Positions 57,205-64,000 of a DNA stretch of 64,000 nucleotides are shown here, piece after piece. The notes under the pieces are model-generated. The model was not told the DNA's origin and searched no databases. It saw only the letters and a program-made list of their open reading frames with translations. Numbering within the stretch: the first letter of the stretch is position 1; every line of letters begins with the position of its first letter. The translations under genes were made by a program, and so were the position numbers. This stretch comes from the human T2T-CHM13v2.0 reference genome, Homo sapiens: assembly GCF_009914755.1 (NCBI RefSeq), contig NC_060925.1. One strand, written 5' to 3'.

Positions 57205-57382
57205 ATCTAGAGCTGTTGTAAAATGTGGACTTGACTAGCAACACAAGCTTCAACTGGGAACTTGTTAGAAATGCAGATAGTCAGGCCCTCCGCAGCCATG
57301 CTGAATCAGGTGCAGCCCAGCAGTCTGATTCAACAAGCCCTCCAAGTGATTCTGATACATACTAACATATGAGAACCCTGAT
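57205..57382. mobile_element. MER5A-like MITE, opposite orientation to the previous copy
   Basis: 'ctgggaacttgttagaaatgcagat...aacaagccctccaagtgattctgat'. Confidence 0.7.
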
Positions 57383-59299
57383 GAAGGGAAAGAAATTGCA
57401 AACCTATGAGGGTTCTGTGGTTGTGGATTTAGGAAAACAGTTCTGGCTATGTGCCCCAAAGTGACCTGATTCCATTCTCTTGGGCCAGCTCTACATATCA
57501 ATAAATGATTCGGCTCAGAAAGTATTAAATATGCATTACTAATGAAATAGCGAGACATTAAATAATCAGGAGCCGAGGCGAAAGGTGTGACTGGGATGGA
57601 TGCAGGGCAGAGTTTAATAGAAAAGAATAATAGGAAAATTTGGTAGAATCTACGGGGTCAAGGGAAGCTGATCTGAAGAGAATTAGATCAGTGGCAAGCA
57701 TCTGAAATATTTAAACTAAAAATTAACAGGCACAATATATTTGTAGTTCTCTGCCATATACACAGTAATAAAGTATAAATCAATTATTGTTACTCTGGAA
57801 AAGGAAGCTTTAAAAAAATCACAATTTTCTAACAATATTAGAGTGTCAAGAATAATACATACTGAAATATCCATAAATGCAGGATCCTTCAGTGCACCAG
57901 GGGAAAAATAGTTCTTAAAAGATTGTAGATGAGTATAGTTACTAGAAGATTCAACTACTGATGCACCTGTAAATTTGAGTCTGTGATATCTGCGTTTTAA
58001 AATCTCTCTCAAGTTCTTGAAATCTGAGTTTGTCACACACTGCTTTCAATAAGGCATCTAGTTATATCTGTCTATCTCCACCCACAAGGCATGACATTTT
58101 AAAGAAACATTTCTTAAAATAGAAAAAAGAAAGCCAGTTTTATGAAAGATGATGTAACGTCTCTTGGTTTTCCTAACAGAATGTTTTGCATTTCAACAAG
58201 GTCTAAGAAATCAGTGACTATTATTGTGTACAAGCAATGATTTCAGATAAACTATGTAAACCAAATATTTTAAAGTTTTTATATTTGGTTTGAATCAGGT
58301 TAGTGGGGGAGAGAGCGAGGGGGAAGAAAATAAGGGCATATACACAGTGTTTTGAACATATTCACTGAGTTTTAGAAGGTGATACGCTGTCTATCTTAAT
58401 TAAACAGGCATCATAACCATTTTTGCACGTGGCCCAGTGTGAACAACCTAGGCGAGCCATTTGTTCAATTAGTGGAGATACAGACTCGGGTCTGTTCTAT
58501 GCAGGTTGAGGCATGGTCACTACTGTTTGCCTATTTCTAATGACTGAAAAGAACTTAAAGCACTGACTATGGCTGTGAGACTAGAAAGAACGAAGTTAAA
58601 ATTATGCCTTATATCTTGAGCACAATTTCCCCATTCTATAATTTTCCTTGGTGTTATATCTTGCATTTTTCTAAAAGGGGAAAAGAGAGTGAAAGAGCAG
58701 AAACCTAATTATTGAAACTCTGTCCTCAAACTCTTTTCTGAAACTTGCTCTAAGGATGAGGGGTATTTTTCTGGCCTCATGAAAGGATGCCCTTTCTTCC
58801 TTGGCCAACATGAATGAGAATTTTCCTCTTTCTTGTAAAGAAGAGAGACTTCTTATGAATGAGGCTTTTTAGGGAGGGGGAAGGGGGTTGTCTAAAATCT
58901 TGTGTTTATACATCAAAAAATCCAGTTTAACTTAAATAATTTATTACTTTGAGTTTCACTTCACTGCATTAATTGTATTAATTTTATACACGACTAGACA
59001 ATAAGGCCAAAATTCAATGCCTTTATTCTTTAAATCTGTTTCTAGCATGTTGACTGGCACTAAGTGAATGAATAAACAGTTAAACAAATCAATGAATTCA
59101 ATGATTCTTAAAATGACATTGTAGAGTTAGTGGGTGATGGAACTATTCTTTAATAACAATTGTGGCAGACTGGGAGAAATAGAAAATTACATTGTTTGGA
59201 GCTGGAATGAATATTGTAAATACTTGTTGAATGAATATGAATTGGATTCTATCCATTGTTTCACCAAAGAGGAAACAAAGCACAAAAGATATTGACTGA

Positions 59300-59598
<299 letters not shown>

Positions 59599-59666
59599 GA
59601 CATTGACTGATTTTCTGATGGTTCTATGTCTAGTTAGTCAAAGAACTGGTACTAGAATACATTTTT

Positions 59667-60777
59667 GAAATACTCTTTTTATAGACAATTTCAAATATTT
59701 TTTAAAGTCCGGGAGATATTATAACAAACTCCATGTTTTCATCAGCAGCATCAGACATTTTAAATTCATAGACAGTATTGTTTTATCAATATTCACCCAT
59801 ACACATTGCTGTCTCCAAATTATTTTTATGAAAATACCAATAAAGGTATAATTTTATTTGTAAGTATTTCAGTATGTATCTCTAAATGATAGAGGCAAAA
59901 TATACATGGTACCATAAGGTATCACTATTACATTTTAATGTCACATCTTGATAATTTCTTAATGTCATTTAATATCCAGTCAATGTTCACATTTCCTTGG
60001 TTATCTTATACATTTTTTAACCGTTTAGTTGTTTGGACTGGGATTAAAATAAAGTCCATGCATTGTGATTGCTTATATCTCTTACCTATCTTTTAATCTA
60101 TAAGTTCTGCCTTCTACACCCCTCTTTCTCTCTCTCTCTCTCTCTGTTTTTCAGTAGTTGTTGTTGTTCAGAAAACCAGGTGTATTAGTTAGAATTTTCC
60201 AGAGAAACTAAAACAATAGGAGATAGACAGATAGATAGATAGATATAAGAGGTGATTTATTATGGGAATTGGTCTGTGGAATTATGGAGGCCAAAAAGTC
60301 CCATGATATGCTGTCTGTGAGCTGCAGACCCAGAAAAGCATATGATACAATTGTTTAGTCTTGGTCTGAAGGTCTGAGGATGCTGAGAGGCATGGGGTTG
60401 CAGGTGGAGGGAAATGGTATAAATCCTGGAGTTAGAAGAAGGTCCGAGAACCAGGAGTTTCAATATCCCAGAGTAGGAGAAGATAGATGTCCCAGCTCAT
60501 AGAGAGACAGAATTTGCCCTTTCTACCCAATTTTTCTTTAATTTGGGCCCTCAAGGGATTGGAGGATACTTGGCCACATGGGTGAGAGTAGATATTTTTA
60601 ACTCAGATTACTGATTGAAATTCTAGTCTCTTCCAGAAACACCTACAGTGAAACAACCAGAAATAATGTTTTACCAACTGTCTTGACATCCCATAGCCCA
60701 GTTAAGATGACACATAAAGCTAACCATCACACCAGGTAGTTTGTTCTGTTTTCCCAAGTCTGGACTTTGCTTATTGT
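59667..60777 (-). mobile_element. Old L1MC-like 3' fragment interrupted by an MLT2 LTR
   Basis: 'gtaagtatttcagtatgtatctcta' and 'aatatccagtcaatgttcacatttcc'; the sequence resumes after the LTR as 'ccaggtagtttgttctg...agtctggactttgct'. Confidence 0.7.
60181..60731. mobile_element. MLT2 (ERVL) solo LTR with perfect 5-bp TSD
   Basis: TGTATTAGT...TAACCATCACA with TG/CA ends. TSD CCAGG at 60176-60180 and 60732-60736. Internal (GATA)n. Confidence 0.9.
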
Positions 60778-60791
60778 CTAGAATACAATTT

Positions 60792-64000
<3,209 letters not shown>

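Overview
This is AT-rich, repeat-dense primate genomic DNA. The L1HS-diagnostic bases indicate it is human. It looks like deep intron or gene desert: I can support no host protein-coding exon, RNA gene, CpG island or CRISPR array. The only long ORF is the ORF2 reverse transcriptase of a young minus-strand LINE-1 with pre-Ta diagnostic bases (ACG, plus G near the 3' end), which runs off the right edge of the window. The rest is layered transposon fossils: Alu, L1PA/L1M, L2, MIR, MaLR/ERVL solo LTRs, hAT and Tigger elements, many nested and several with readable target-site duplications (TSDs). The most notable observations are (1) the pre-Ta L1, which appears to sit in the TSD of a much older L1; (2) a twin-primed inverted L1PA with an extra 57-bp tandem duplication; (3) a ~150-bp local duplication fused to the broken end of a long Tigger7 fossil; and (4) repeat-free blocks with PBX/MEIS/SOX motif clusters that may be enhancers. 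I found no evidence of a new biological system. Repeat family names come from recalled consensus sequences, not a database search, and boundaries of old elements are approximate.
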